A DNA stretch of 64,000 nucleotides from NCBI GenBank assembly GCA_041577295.1, contig JBFGJG010000003.1, positions 1 through 64,000 on the forward strand, in the 5' to 3' direction. This document shows, piece after piece, positions 9,689 through 18,732 of the stretch. This stretch comes from Gemmatimonadales bacterium (lineage in GTDB: Bacteria; Gemmatimonadota; Gemmatimonadetes; Gemmatimonadales; GWC2-71-9). The position numbers and the translations under genes were made by a program. Under the pieces are notes generated by a model. That model saw only the letters and a program-made list of their open reading frames with translations, ran no database searches and was not told the DNA's origin. Each line of letters starts with the position of its first letter. Position 1 is the first letter of the stretch.

Positions 9689-10312
9689 TTACGGTTGGCG
9701 AATGACGCCGTGGGACCGCACTCGCAGCGTGTCACCGGTGAGCACGCCGGTTACCCAGATGGTTGCGCCCATTCGCTCGGTGAGATCCCGCGGAACGCTG
9801 GTCAGCCGCACGGCGCGCTCACCGCGAAGCCACGTCTGCTCGCCGCGCATCTCGAGCACACCGGCGTACGCCGGCTCGCCACCAACCGACACGACGCGGT
9901 AACGCGTGACCTCGATCGCCCGGGGCGGCGTGGGCGGCCGGTTCGCGACCGGCTTACCCCACACTCGCACTTCGGCTCCTGAGAGCGCCGTAATCTCTGG
10001 ACGGAGCGGGCCCTGCACTCCGACGGACTGGGTGGCGTCCGAACCGGTCTGGATCACCGGCTGCGCAAAGGGATCCGCCCCGAGGATCCGGACCGTGCCT
10101 TGCGCCGATGTGTCGCCGGACGCGGGACGCTGCCGCGGCGGCTGCTGCGTCACCTGAGGCGGTGTGGTGTCCGGCGTAGGTTCGGGCGCAACCTGCTCCG
10201 CCGTTTGCGTCGTGTCCACAGGTGGCTCCGCCGACTGCTCGCCGTCCGTCTCTTGGCCGCCACACGCCACGAGCGCAACCGTCGTGGCCAAAAGCAATAC
10301 CATCGTTCGCAT
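9689..10312 (-). CDS. Hypothetical lipoprotein; paralog of 6111-6779
   Basis: Lipobox LVAC, Gln/Pro linker, same conserved core as 6111-6779; GGAG upstream. Confidence 0.82.
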   Translation of the reverse strand: MRTMVLLLATTVALVACGGQETDGEQSAEPPVDTTQTAEQVAPEPTPDTTPPQVTQQPPRQRPASGDTSAQGTVRILGADPFAQPVIQTGSDATQSVGVQGPLRPEITALSGAEVRVWGKPVANRPPTPPRAIEVTRYRVVSVGGEPAYAGVLEMRGEQTWLRGERAVRLTSVPRDLTERMGATIWVTGVLTGDTLRVRSHGVIRQP

Positions 10313-10320
10313 AGCTGCTC

Positions 10321-12930
10321 CTATTGCAGGCGAACGACCCAGAACTGCGGCCGCGGCCCCATGGAGAGGATATCATCCGCCGCATCCCGGGCCCGTAGCG
10401 CCAGTGCCGGTCGGGCGGCGGCGGCACTCAGGCGAGTGTACGCGGTGCTCCCACCGCGAACGCCGCGCGTGTCACTAAACGCCACAAAGCTCCGGTCTAC
10501 GGGGATCAGCCGGAAATCATCCGAAGCAAATGACGAAAAGATGTCCAACATGTCCCAGCTCAACATCGCAATGCTCGGATCGAGGCCCGCCGTGCGGTCA
10601 TCGGCATAGAGCATGGCCGCCCAGCGAGAGAACACGCTGTCAAAGCTCACGCCGAGCAGGGCTTCGATGTTCGCGACCCCATTGAGGGTGGGGTTTGCGC
10701 TAACCCAGTCGCGATGGAGGGCGGCTTCACCGCCGGGATAGGACGGGCCGAACTGGTCGGCGACGAACCGTTGGAAGGCGTACGAGGCCCCATAAAACTG
10801 GAAGAACTCGCAACCCGTCACCACCCCGTCAGCGCCGAACAGCGTACAGTCCTCGGGCGCGTTGGCGGCCTTCCCCCCTGATGGGAGATGACCGAAGTAT
10901 CTCGCGAGTTGGCGAAATGCGGCGTCATACCACTGCGTCCCCCCCGGCGCACCACGCGCCACTGCACTCCCGTAGTTCTGCCCCGGCGTATTGCCAAGCA
11001 CGTCGTGTCCCACGACTTCCTCCATCAGCGTCGCCTGCCCTTCCGCTTCCCATCGGCTCATGCCAGCTCCCGGGTTGATGACGACGCGACGCGACTGCTG
11101 AATGACATGGGCAAACTCGTGTGCGATGAGCGACGCCATCTGCGCGAGCACGTTCGCTTTGGAACGCGCCCCTGGCCCCGCCTCGTTGTTCGGATCCGGC
11201 ACGTGGCCGTAGAAGATCTCGCCGCTGTCGCTGGCGGCGCAGAAGGCACGATCGAACAGGTCACCGCTGAACGCGAACCCGGCGACCGCGCTGAACTTGT
11301 TCACCTCGACCGTGAGCACGACGAACACTCGCTGATTGGTGTCGAGGTCGCTCGGCGTTCCCAGGTACGTCGTGTCCACGTCGTAGAGGTTGACGTCGAA
11401 CGTGTCGCTATACGCCTGGAGCTCGGCCAACGTCAGCGAGTCGGTCGTCGGATTGGCAGTGTCTGTGACAAAGACGCCCGCCTGGCCCACAACGCGCACG
11501 ACGGTCGTGATCTCGGCAAACTGGCAGAAGTCCGGTCCATCAGCGTCGGGCACGCGGAACGTGATGGTATCCCCAACGCTCGGCACGACCGCCGCAGCTG
11601 GCGTCACCGATTGTCGAATAGCACGCCCCGAACCCAACAGGTGCCGCTCTTCCCACTCGCGCAACGCGGCCTCGGCTTTCAGCCGCGCGTTCCACCGTTC
11701 CAGTGTCTCCGGGTCGGGGAGCGGGCGGCTCGACGTCGCGACCCGTCGCACTGGAAGCGGCACGGGCGGCGCCACCGGCAGGGTCGCACCCGTCTCTGCT
11801 GTCAGGGAGAAAGACAACACCGCGTTTGGCGTCTCAGCTGCCGAGCCCACCCCGATGATGTACTCATCGCCGAGCGCCGAGGGCGCGAACTGCAGGCAGA
11901 AGCTGTTCGGGTCTTGAATGATCTGCTGCTCTCCCACGGCGAGATTCAAGAACGCCGCGGGCTCGAGCGGATGGCTGACCGTGTTCGTCGTCTGCCCTGC
12001 TAGGGTTACCAACACATCCACATCGCGGGCCGGCTTGCAGTCGAACGCCGGCACCGTGACCGTGAGCTCGGTTTGGGTGGCAGCCGTGACCACTGCCGGC
12101 ACGCCGTCAATCGTGACCATGTTGTTGGCGGGCGTCGCGTCGTCAAACCCTTCCCCTGTGATCGTGGCGCTCAAGCCCTCGGCAATGGTGTCGGGAGCAA
12201 TCGACGTGATGAAGAAGTCGAGCGCCTCGGCGGTGAACTGGATCGTATCGTCTGGCGCCGTAAGCACTGCGTCGATGGTCTGCTGTCCGATGGTGCTCCC
12301 CAACGTCCAGACGGTGTTCGCCTCACCAGCGGCGTCCGTGGTGGCCATCGCCGGATCTATCGAACCGCCACCCGATGTGACTTCGAAGGCCACGTCGATC
12401 CCGGAAACACCGTTGCCAAACTGATCGACCACCCGCACCGTCACCGGGTCGGGGAGCGTGGCGCTCCGCGGCGCTCGTTGGTTGTTGCCGGACACCTCGG
12501 CGAGGCCCGTCGGCGCATCGGCCTCACCGGTGGCCGCGAACGCCGTCGAAACGCTCGAATTGGCCACCGTGGCCGTCACTTCCTGCGCGCCCGCCCCCGT
12601 TCCCAAAACCCAGTCCGTGGACACCTGACCGCTTGCGTCCGTCATGCCACTGGCGGGGCTCACCGACCCGTCGCCCCCAGTCACGGAAAAGTTCACGGTT
12701 ATGGCGGACATCGCGTTGCCGAACTGGTCGTTGATCTGGACGACGAGCGGGTCGGCAAGCTGCTGTCCGACCGTTGCCGTCTGGCCATCGCCCGAGACCT
12801 TGACTGCCGCGGTGGGCGTCGGCGTCGCAGGAGGCATCATGCCGTTTTCCAGCGCTTCACAACCCCACCACGACGAGAGTCCTGTGGCCAGGGCAAGGAT
12901 GAGAAGTGAAAAGCTACGGGGTGCCCTCAT
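10321..12930 (-). CDS. Exported Zn-metallopeptidase (Big_1 x2, IPT/TIG, HEXXH); paralog of 6776-9445
   Basis: LIAHEFAHVIQ…WEAEGQATLMEEVVGH, collinear with 6776-9445 over its full length; GGAGG upstream. Confidence 0.82.
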   Translation of the reverse strand: MRAPRSFSLLILALATGLSSWWGCEALENGMMPPATPTPTAAVKVSGDGQTATVGQQLADPLVVQINDQFGNAMSAITVNFSVTGGDGSVSPASGMTDASGQVSTDWVLGTGAGAQEVTATVANSSVSTAFAATGEADAPTGLAEVSGNNQRAPRSATLPDPVTVRVVDQFGNGVSGIDVAFEVTSGGGSIDPAMATTDAAGEANTVWTLGSTIGQQTIDAVLTAPDDTIQFTAEALDFFITSIAPDTIAEGLSATITGEGFDDATPANNMVTIDGVPAVVTAATQTELTVTVPAFDCKPARDVDVLVTLAGQTTNTVSHPLEPAAFLNLAVGEQQIIQDPNSFCLQFAPSALGDEYIIGVGSAAETPNAVLSFSLTAETGATLPVAPPVPLPVRRVATSSRPLPDPETLERWNARLKAEAALREWEERHLLGSGRAIRQSVTPAAAVVPSVGDTITFRVPDADGPDFCQFAEITTVVRVVGQAGVFVTDTANPTTDSLTLAELQAYSDTFDVNLYDVDTTYLGTPSDLDTNQRVFVVLTVEVNKFSAVAGFAFSGDLFDRAFCAASDSGEIFYGHVPDPNNEAGPGARSKANVLAQMASLIAHEFAHVIQQSRRVVINPGAGMSRWEAEGQATLMEEVVGHDVLGNTPGQNYGSAVARGAPGGTQWYDAAFRQLARYFGHLPSGGKAANAPEDCTLFGADGVVTGCEFFQFYGASYAFQRFVADQFGPSYPGGEAALHRDWVSANPTLNGVANIEALLGVSFDSVFSRWAAMLYADDRTAGLDPSIAMLSWDMLDIFSSFASDDFRLIPVDRSFVAFSDTRGVRGGSTAYTRLSAAAARPALALRARDAADDILSMGPRPQFWVVRLQ

Positions 12931-13116
12931 GCGGATCCTCCGGGAGGTCGAGGCCGATCAGGGAAGGCTGAGTGCCCAGCGATGATTGCGGTGGCCACAC
13001 GTTAGGACATAAGGAGGCCTGGGGCAAGCAAAATCGGGAGTCCCGTGCGTTCCACTTGTTCCGCTGCAGGGTTCACGTATCGTTCATGCCGACCCGAACC
13101 AGAGTGTGGGCCTCGC

Positions 13117-13560
13117 ATGCCCCGAACGATGAGCGCTGCGGTGGGTATGGTACTGCTCGCCGCCGCGTGTGCCCCGAGCATACATCCCACGTACCCGCCG
13201 CACCCACTCGTCGGGGCGTGGAGACTCGCGGCTGATGCGCCAGCCACCGCGCAACCCGGCCTCCAAATTACGCTGCGTGTCGATTCAGGAGAGATCCGCG
13301 CCTTTCGCGGACACGTGGCGTTCTTTTTCTCGGGGGATGTGGGAGTGGATCCTGCAATGTTCCGACCATTTATGGGAACGCTGTCAGAGGATGGCTTCGT
13401 CGATCTCCCCGTCTTCCCAGCCACCGCCAACGCTCCCCCGCTGCACTTCTCCGGGCACTTTGCAGGAGATACCGTGCGCCTCGAACGCTTCACGATTGGG
13501 CGAGATACGGTGACGACAGCGCGGGCTCGCTGGTTTCTGATCCGCGAGGCCAGACGTTAG
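13117..13560 (+). CDS. Hypothetical lipoprotein
   Basis: MPRTMSAAVGMVLLAAAC lipobox; LVGAWRL beta-barrel-like start. Confidence 0.65.
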   Translation: MPRTMSAAVGMVLLAAACAPSIHPTYPPHPLVGAWRLAADAPATAQPGLQITLRVDSGEIRAFRGHVAFFFSGDVGVDPAMFRPFMGTLSEDGFVDLPVFPATANAPPLHFSGHFAGDTVRLERFTIGRDTVTTARARWFLIREARR

Positions 13561-13958
13561 GGAGGCGATACCTCGAGCTGGAATCCTCCCGAGCCCAAGA
13601 GGATGAACTGCTGGTTGGCGACCTCGATGATCTGCACGGAATAGGCATCAGAGGCGTCGCGATCGGAGACAAGCAAGCGTAGCAGTGGTCCCGATTGAAT
13701 GGGACCGGTGATGACGCCACGGGACTCGGTATCGCTCACTCGTGTCGTGTATACCTGGCACCCTGAGCACGCCGGCGTGACGTCCTCAATCATCCGGTCG
13801 GCCGACCCGGCGGCCGTGAACTGGATGGCCCGCGTGTCGGCCTGGGAGGTGGACAGGCTGACGAGCAACTCGCCGGCGGTTGGACCGCTCGAACACGTGG
13901 CGAGCACAAGCGAAAGCGCGATCGGCAGCGCTGCAAATGCGGAGAATGGGGACCTCAT
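13557..13958 (-). CDS. Small lipoprotein with cohesin-like beta-sandwich pattern
   Basis: Start at the ATGA overlap with the M6 protease stop; signal MRSPFSAFAALPIALSLVLATC; strands RAIQFTAAG and SGPLLRLLV resemble cohesin. The fold is inferred. Confidence 0.65.
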   Translation of the reverse strand: MRSPFSAFAALPIALSLVLATCSSGPTAGELLVSLSTSQADTRAIQFTAAGSADRMIEDVTPACSGCQVYTTRVSDTESRGVITGPIQSGPLLRLLVSDRDASDAYSVQIIEVANQQFILLGSGGFQLEVSPP

Positions 13959-16465
13959 CGATTCCCTCCCCCCACGGCCGCGTTTCCGTGCTCGATCACC
14001 CGCGCCAACGCCTCGGCTGGCGCCGCCACGCCCAGCTGCGTCGTCCACGCCAAGAAATCCCCCACATCGAAACGCCCATTGCGATTCCCGAGCAGGTCCA
14101 TGAAGGACAGGTCGTCCACCGAGAGCGTCGTCGCGGCGCCGACGAGATGGTTCACGACACTTTCCACCGCGAGGGTCGGAGCGACGATGCTGAGCTCCAC
14201 CATTACGTCCACCGACTGCGACCCGGAACGTGCTTGCACGGTGAAGCTGTAATCCCCGAGCGCTGAAGGACGGCCACTCAACACACCCGTCGACAAGAAC
14301 GTGAGACCGGGCGGGACGGTGCCGTTCTCGAGCCGCCATGAGAGCGTCCCGTTTCCGCCACTGGCCGTGAACTCGAAGCGATATTGGCTCCCCATAAGCG
14401 CCGTCGAAGGCGCTGCGGATTCCGCGATGAGCTCGTCAGCGAAGTTGGCGACCAGGTTGAATGGTTGGGTCATTTCGAGGACCAGCGTATCCGTCAAGGC
14501 GGTGCGGTCACCGCTCCAACCGTCAAACACGCGCCCGGGCTCGGTCGCTTCGCCAACGAGCGTCACGGAATCGTCGCGCGCCACGAACTCTCCGTTCGCG
14601 AGGTCGAGGACCGGCTCCGAGGTGACGGCTCCGCCGCTGCCCTGAACGGTAACCTGGAGCAGAAACTCCGCGTTAACGGTCGCCGTGATGGTGTCGCCGG
14701 TTGCTGAGGCGGTGAACGTGTGAACGCGTGGCTGCCCATTGGACCAGACAACCCAGGTGAAACGCGTCCTGCCATCGGGTGCCACCTGCACTGAGTCCAT
14801 CTCCAGATCGTTTTGCGAGCCGCTTTCCAACACGTCGATAAAACGGTTGTACGACACACCGTTCAGACGAAACGTGGCCATCGAGTCGGTTGCGGTGATG
14901 AGCGTCGGAGGGGTGAAGAAGACCCGGAAGGACATCGCTCCGCCGGGCACAACCTGTTGGATGGAATCGATCGTGACGAAGACCGGCTCACCATCGTTGC
15001 GCACGGTGGATGGATTCGTATCGAAGCCGAACCGTGTGTTGCCGGACGAGCCCGGAAACGGATCGCTGACATCCCCGCGCCCACCGCCCAACTGCAAATC
15101 ACCCCGGCCGTCGGCTTGCTCGAGGACGAGAGCCTCCGGGTCGAAGGCGTTTACCTGATTCGTCGAACGTCGTGCGGCGACGAGCGCGGAATCGACGTGC
15201 CAGATGAGCAGGCCTGGGCCGTGAAGCTGGGCGTCGGATCCGATGGCCTGACGATTCTCCAAGAGGAAATACTCGTCGGAGTCGGCGATCGGCACCACGA
15301 TCGCCGTATCCGAGGTCGCCACCGGGTTGACGGAGATGGTGGTGTCACGCGTGACGAGCACCTCTGTGACCCACCCCAGCTCGGCCCGCGACCACGCCTC
15401 CATGTGGGCCGGGCTGAACGGCAAGCGCCAATTGCCAGAGCCCATGAGCCCCCAGTGTCCGATCCCTTGGCTGTTCCGTAACGAATTCGTGTTGTACAGA
15501 TCCGGCAGGCCAAAGAGGTGTCCCGTTTCGTGGGCCACCACACCCATTGCCTGCGGTTCGTCGCTGGTGCAGCCGCCATCCCCTCCCTGGCCGCCCTGAA
15601 TGATGTAATCGCGAATACGAATGGTGTCGCCGTTTGGCGCCGTGTCGTTGGTTGCGAGATCTCTCCCAGCCCACAGGCGGTAGGTGGCCCGGTGCGCCCA
15701 GATATTGTTGGACGAGCCGGGGTTGATCGACCGACAGGCACCGTCAACCTCGGGGTGCAGCATCACGATGGCATCGACGAATCCATCGTCGTCTCCCGAG
15801 TTGGCCACCCCATCGACGCCGTCGTTATCGAACTGCCCGTAATCCAGCGTGCTATCATGCAGTTCAACGAGCTCCTCGATGAGCCCTCGTACGTCACCAC
15901 TCGAACACAGTCCGTTACACCCACCCTCATACGCCGAATCGTTCCGGGACACACGTGTCCAATCGAGCACAGTCCCGTGCACGAGGAGTCGATCGCGGGA
16001 GATCTCGCGATAGTAGGTATGGATGGAATAGGGCGGGGCTGGATCGGTACCGTAGAGACGCTGCTCCATCACAGTGCGCGGCATGTTGGCCACGACCGTG
16101 GCGGAATCGGTGTTCGCATAGAGAAGGAGAAACACCGGAACGTTCAGGTCGCCCACCAGTACGCCGTTGGCGTCGCGGCTCGCCCGCTGAGGGACACGCT
16201 GCTCGCTCATGAGCGCCGACCGGGCAGCGCTACGTACCGCTCCCACCGCTCGCCCACGACGTATCCACCCGTTCTCAGCAGAAAACTGGAACGCGTTGGG
16301 ATTGCGGGCGATCATGTCGTAATACTCGACGGGGGGTCTCGCGCCACCCAACAGGCGGCCGAGCGCCTCGACGTCGCCCTGCGCCTCGGCAGGCGATGGG
16401 GCGATCAGCCCCATGAGCAGGGCCGTGAGGCCAGCGTAACCCTTTGAGATCCCGGTGCTGTTCAA
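13955..16465 (-). CDS. M6 family (immune inhibitor A-like) metalloprotease with Ig/He_PIG-like domains and a dockerin-like C-terminus
   Basis: YYREISR, DYGQFDNDG…DDDGFVD, IWAHR, GVVAHETGHLFGLPDLY, GIGHWGLMGSG, EYFLLENRQ, GLLIWHVD; C-terminal DLLGNRNGRFDVGDF. Confidence 0.9.
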   Translation of the reverse strand: MNSTGISKGYAGLTALLMGLIAPSPAEAQGDVEALGRLLGGARPPVEYYDMIARNPNAFQFSAENGWIRRGRAVGAVRSAARSALMSEQRVPQRASRDANGVLVGDLNVPVFLLLYANTDSATVVANMPRTVMEQRLYGTDPAPPYSIHTYYREISRDRLLVHGTVLDWTRVSRNDSAYEGGCNGLCSSGDVRGLIEELVELHDSTLDYGQFDNDGVDGVANSGDDDGFVDAIVMLHPEVDGACRSINPGSSNNIWAHRATYRLWAGRDLATNDTAPNGDTIRIRDYIIQGGQGGDGGCTSDEPQAMGVVAHETGHLFGLPDLYNTNSLRNSQGIGHWGLMGSGNWRLPFSPAHMEAWSRAELGWVTEVLVTRDTTISVNPVATSDTAIVVPIADSDEYFLLENRQAIGSDAQLHGPGLLIWHVDSALVAARRSTNQVNAFDPEALVLEQADGRGDLQLGGGRGDVSDPFPGSSGNTRFGFDTNPSTVRNDGEPVFVTIDSIQQVVPGGAMSFRVFFTPPTLITATDSMATFRLNGVSYNRFIDVLESGSQNDLEMDSVQVAPDGRTRFTWVVWSNGQPRVHTFTASATGDTITATVNAEFLLQVTVQGSGGAVTSEPVLDLANGEFVARDDSVTLVGEATEPGRVFDGWSGDRTALTDTLVLEMTQPFNLVANFADELIAESAAPSTALMGSQYRFEFTASGGNGTLSWRLENGTVPPGLTFLSTGVLSGRPSALGDYSFTVQARSGSQSVDVMVELSIVAPTLAVESVVNHLVGAATTLSVDDLSFMDLLGNRNGRFDVGDFLAWTTQLGVAAPAEALARVIEHGNAAVGGGNR

Positions 16466-16601
16466 CTCTCGAAGTCCATGTCCAAAGCCCAGTTAAACTA
16501 ACGACAGGTACAAGCCAAGGGCTGTGCGGCCGATCACCGGTTGGGTGGGGGGGAACCGCTCCTGCTCAACCCGCTTTGCGAATACCCCTTCGGTCGGCGA
16601 T

Positions 16602-17510
16602 TCAGAAACGCAAGAAATCGACCGCCACCGCAGCGCCCGCTCCAAAGGCTGCGCCGGCCAGGACGTCGGATGGAAAGTGACGCGCCGCCACGACCCGCAT
16701 GGTGGCCACCCCAGCCGCCGCAACAATCGTGACGATGCGAACCGCCGTATCGTCACTCGCCGAGCGTAGCAGGTAGCTCGTGGCCAGCGCCGATGCCACG
16801 GCGGCGTGTGCCGAGGGAAACGACCGTCGGCTGTCGAGTTCATCGGCCGCTTCTGGAGCGTCCGCTGTGTACATCACCGGTCGGTTCCGCGCGACACCGG
16901 CCTTGAGCAACTCGGTCGCGGCGACCGCCCAGGCCGCAGCCTCGATTCCCGCGGCCACACTGTAGAGATCGGGACGAACATCCCTCAACGCCCGGTCCGC
17001 CGACGTTACCGCACCCAGTCCAAGGAGCATCACGGTGCTGGCGACAGACCAACTGCGACGTTCACCCCTGATGGCCCACCGCTCGAAACCCGGCACGTTG
17101 TCACGATTGCACGGCGCACACGGCGAGGGTCCTTCATTGATGTCGAGGAGACCGGGCAAGACAAAGACGAGGCCCGCACCGGCGATCGAGAACGCCTGAC
17201 TCGCGCTTGGATATTGTCGAGACGGCCGGAGAGGCGGACGGGCGGACGGGCGGACGGGCGGACGGAGAGACGGAAAGACGGAACGACGTGAAGTAGGAAC
17301 GGTGGAATGACGGGAGGATCCAACAACGAAAGAACCAAAGGACCGATGGCTGGAAACGTCGTCTAAGGCCTGCGCGGGAAGGCCCTGCGCCGCGCATAAA
17401 GTGAGCAGTATCAGGAAGATGGCTCGTTTTGAGCGGCCCTTGTGCGATAGGGGGGGTGACGGTAGTATCGTAGAGCCCAAAAAGCCGTCCTTTGGCCCGT
17501 AATCAGCCAC
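16602..17510 (-). CDS. PAP2-superfamily phosphatase (start uncertain)
   Basis: K…RNRP, SFPSAHA and RVVAARHFPSDV motifs (C1-C3). The N-terminal part contains a signal-like segment and an octamer repeat; the true start cannot be fixed. Confidence 0.75.
   Translation of the reverse strand: MADYGPKDGFLGSTILPSPPLSHKGRSKRAIFLILLTLCAAQGLPAQALDDVSSHRSFGSFVVGSSRHSTVPTSRRSVFPSLRPPVRPSARPPLRPSRQYPSASQAFSIAGAGLVFVLPGLLDINEGPSPCAPCNRDNVPGFERWAIRGERRSWSVASTVMLLGLGAVTSADRALRDVRPDLYSVAAGIEAAAWAVAATELLKAGVARNRPVMYTADAPEAADELDSRRSFPSAHAAVASALATSYLLRSASDDTAVRIVTIVAAAGVATMRVVAARHFPSDVLAGAAFGAGAAVAVDFLRF
17217..17312. repeat. 8-bp tandem repeat (GGCGGACG x4 perfect at 17233-17264, with degenerate flanking units)
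   Basis: ggcggacg x4, then gagagacg, gaaagacg, gaacgacg…; encodes PSLRPPVRPSARPPLRPS in the PAP2 frame. Confidence 0.85.
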
Positions 17511-17529
17511 TTTGTCTTCAAGAGGTGCC

Positions 17530-18732
17530 GTGGACACCCACACGCTGCAGCAGGTAGCGCTCTTCGACAAGTGTCGAAACTTCACGAGAGCGCGTGAGGT
17601 TCAGGCCGCAGGTCTGTACCCGTACTTCAAACCGATCTCGGAATCCGAAGATACGGTCGTCACCATCGAGGGCGCCAAGAAGCTCATGATGGGGTCGAAC
17701 AACTATCTGGGTTTGACCCATCATCCGAAGGTCCTCGAGGCTGCGCGCAATGCGCTCCAGCGCTTCGGCTCCGGGTGTACGGGTAGTCGCTTCCTGAATG
17801 GCACGTTGGACCTTCATGAGGAGCTCGAACGCCGCCTCGCGACCTTTTTTGGCAAAGAGGCAGCACTCGTCTTCTCCACGGGATATCAGGCCAATCTCGG
17901 TTTGATCTCCGGGCTGGTAGGACGCGGTGACGTGGTGCTGATCGACAAGCTCGACCACGCGTCGATTGTCGATGGCGCCAAAATGTCGTTTGGGCAGACC
18001 GAGCGATTCAATCACTGCGACTACGCGCAGCTCGAGCGCCGGCTCAACCAGCACGCCGGCCGTGGCACGCTAATCATCGTCGACGGTGTGTACTCCATGG
18101 AGGGCAACATCGTCGACGCGCCCCGACTTCTCGAGATCGCACAGCGGCACGGCGCTGCCCTGGCCATCGACGATGCCCACGCTGTTGGGGTCTTGGGTCC
18201 CAAGGGCGACGGGACGGCTGCGCACTTTAGGATTGCCGATGACGTGGACCTCGTGGTGGGAACGTTCTCCAAGTCCCTCGCGTCGATCGGTGGCTTTGTC
18301 GCTGGTTCGGAGAGCGTCATCCACTACCTCAAGCACCACAGCCGGCCGCTGATTTTCTCGGCGGCGCTTCCGCCGGCAAACACCGCGGGCGTGCTGGCCG
18401 CGCTCGAAGTAATGATCAACGAGCCCGAGCGCCGACGGCAGTTGTGGGAGAACACAAAGCGGTTTCAAGACGGCTGTCGTAGTCTCGGTTACGAAATCGG
18501 CCCTTCGCAGACTCCGATCGTGCCGGTGCTCATTGGCCCCCTCGAGAAGACGTTCCACTTCTGGCGTCAGCTGTTCGATGCCGGTGTCTTCACGAACCCC
18601 GTCGTTCCACCCGCAGTCCCGATGGACCAATGTCGCCTGCGGGCAAGTCTCATCGCGACGCACACCCCGGAGCAGATCGACTTCGCACTCGACACGCTCG
18701 CGAAGCTCGGCAAGGACATGGGGGTGATTTGA
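17530..18732 (+). CDS. spt: Serine palmitoyltransferase (AOS/class II PLP enzyme)
   Basis: GLYPYFKPI N-terminus, GSNNYLGL, GSGCTGSRFLNGT, DHASIVDG, DDAHAVG, PLP-lysine motif GTFSKS; context with GNAT and SDR genes; GTG after AGAGG. Confidence 0.82.
   Translation: MDTHTLQQVALFDKCRNFTRAREVQAAGLYPYFKPISESEDTVVTIEGAKKLMMGSNNYLGLTHHPKVLEAARNALQRFGSGCTGSRFLNGTLDLHEELERRLATFFGKEAALVFSTGYQANLGLISGLVGRGDVVLIDKLDHASIVDGAKMSFGQTERFNHCDYAQLERRLNQHAGRGTLIIVDGVYSMEGNIVDAPRLLEIAQRHGAALAIDDAHAVGVLGPKGDGTAAHFRIADDVDLVVGTFSKSLASIGGFVAGSESVIHYLKHHSRPLIFSAALPPANTAGVLAALEVMINEPERRRQLWENTKRFQDGCRSLGYEIGPSQTPIVPVLIGPLEKTFHFWRQLFDAGVFTNPVVPPAVPMDQCRLRASLIATHTPEQIDFALDTLAKLGKDMGVI

Noticed and set aside
17530..18732. 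bioF or kbl assignment
   Set aside because: No bio or tdh genes are adjacent; the YPYF N-terminus, GTFSKS motif and bCerS-like neighbour favour Spt, though this is unproven.
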